A stretch of 64,000 bases of DNA from Strigamia acuminata (lineage: Eukaryota). The stretch covers positions 30,876,001 to 30,940,000 of the forward strand of contig OX442314.1 in NCBI GenBank assembly GCA_949358305.1. Direction: 5' to 3'. Below the pieces are notes generated by a model that was given only the letters and a program-made list of their open reading frames with translations, did no database searches and had not been told where the DNA came from. The stretch's first letter is position 1; the number at the start of each line of letters is the position of its first letter. Below are positions 63,455-64,000 of this stretch, one piece after another. The translations under genes were made by a program, and so were the position numbers.

Positions 63455-64000
63455 ATGGCGCAAAAGAAAGCGGTTAGACCGACGATCAACGGCGTCAAGA
63501 CGACTAAAAAGACTGTCGATGAGGATAATGTCAAAAACGAGGCTTCGACGACGACCGAGACGAACGATTTTCCACAAAACGACTCGACAAACGCCAATAA
63601 AACGAACGAACCCGAAACGACAACAATTCCTACACCGGACGAAACCACGACCAAAATGTCGACAGATTTCGACGTCCTCCTCAAGCCAACAACATCAATC
63701 GAGCTGAAGAAAGTGACGACACAAATCAAGACAACTCTTCGTCCGAAACTCAGTTTAAAACCGCACGAATTACGCAACGAAACGATCGGAAACGACGTCA
63801 CATCTCAGTCCCGTCTTCGAACAATAAGCAGCGAGACACCCAGATCAACATCGCCCAACAAATCCACTCACAACACGGACGAAAATGCCCCATTGAGTCG
63901 CCCATTGGTCTACGTGTCCTCGACATCTTTCCGACACAATCGCACGACTTCAAAACCAAACGAAACGACACCAGACGTGGCAAACACCAACACCAAACCC
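63455..64000 (+). CDS. Truncated duplicate ORF, array unit 5 (runs off the window end)
   Basis: ATGGCGCAAAAGAAA at 63455, open to the end of the window. Confidence 0.45.
   Translation, partial: MAQKKAVRPTINGVKTTKKTVDEDNVKNEASTTTETNDFPQNDSTNANKTNEPETTTIPTPDETTTKMSTDFDVLLKPTTSIELKKVTTQIKTTLRPKLSLKPHELRNETIGNDVTSQSRLRTISSETPRSTSPNKSTHNTDENAPLSRPLVYVSSTSFRHNRTTSKPNETTPDVANTNTKP

Larger units (their letters stand above)
44734..64000 (+). repeat. 4670-bp tandem array (4 full units plus a partial fifth), running off the window
   Basis: The MAQKK ATG recurs at 44737, 49407, 54077, 58747 and 63455. Unit 4 is 4708 bp (-6 bp in the ORF, +2 x 22-bp minisatellite units). Confidence 0.97.

Overview
AT-rich animal (invertebrate-type) genomic DNA with spliceosomal GT-AG introns; no prokaryotic operons or CRISPR arrays. 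Gene models below were spliced by hand. From left to right: (1) three tandem two-exon genes for small secreted 8-Cys proteins, interrupted by a DIRS retrotransposon relic; (2) an intronless SRSF4/5/6-like retrocopy; (3) a 7-exon minus-strand gene for a secreted low-complexity protein, head-to-head with (4) two tandem genes for type II membrane-anchored proteins that resemble bacterial PQQ-dependent glucose/sorbosone dehydrogenases (candidate domesticated horizontal transfer); (5) two tandem 7-exon genes for an uncharacterised four-repeat protein with N-terminal PPxY motifs and a C-terminal CaaX box; (6) a very young non-autonomous LTR retrotransposon carrying an intact Zn-finger ORF in the env position, plus a related solo LTR; (7) a secreted, catalytically dead beta-lactamase-family gene with a mucin insert, whose last exon is amplified in a 4.67-kb tandem array (4 full units plus a partial fifth) that also carries a cytochrome P450 pseudogene fragment. 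Several MITEs and AT-rich minisatellites are interspersed. All family assignments come from motif recognition by eye, not from database searches.
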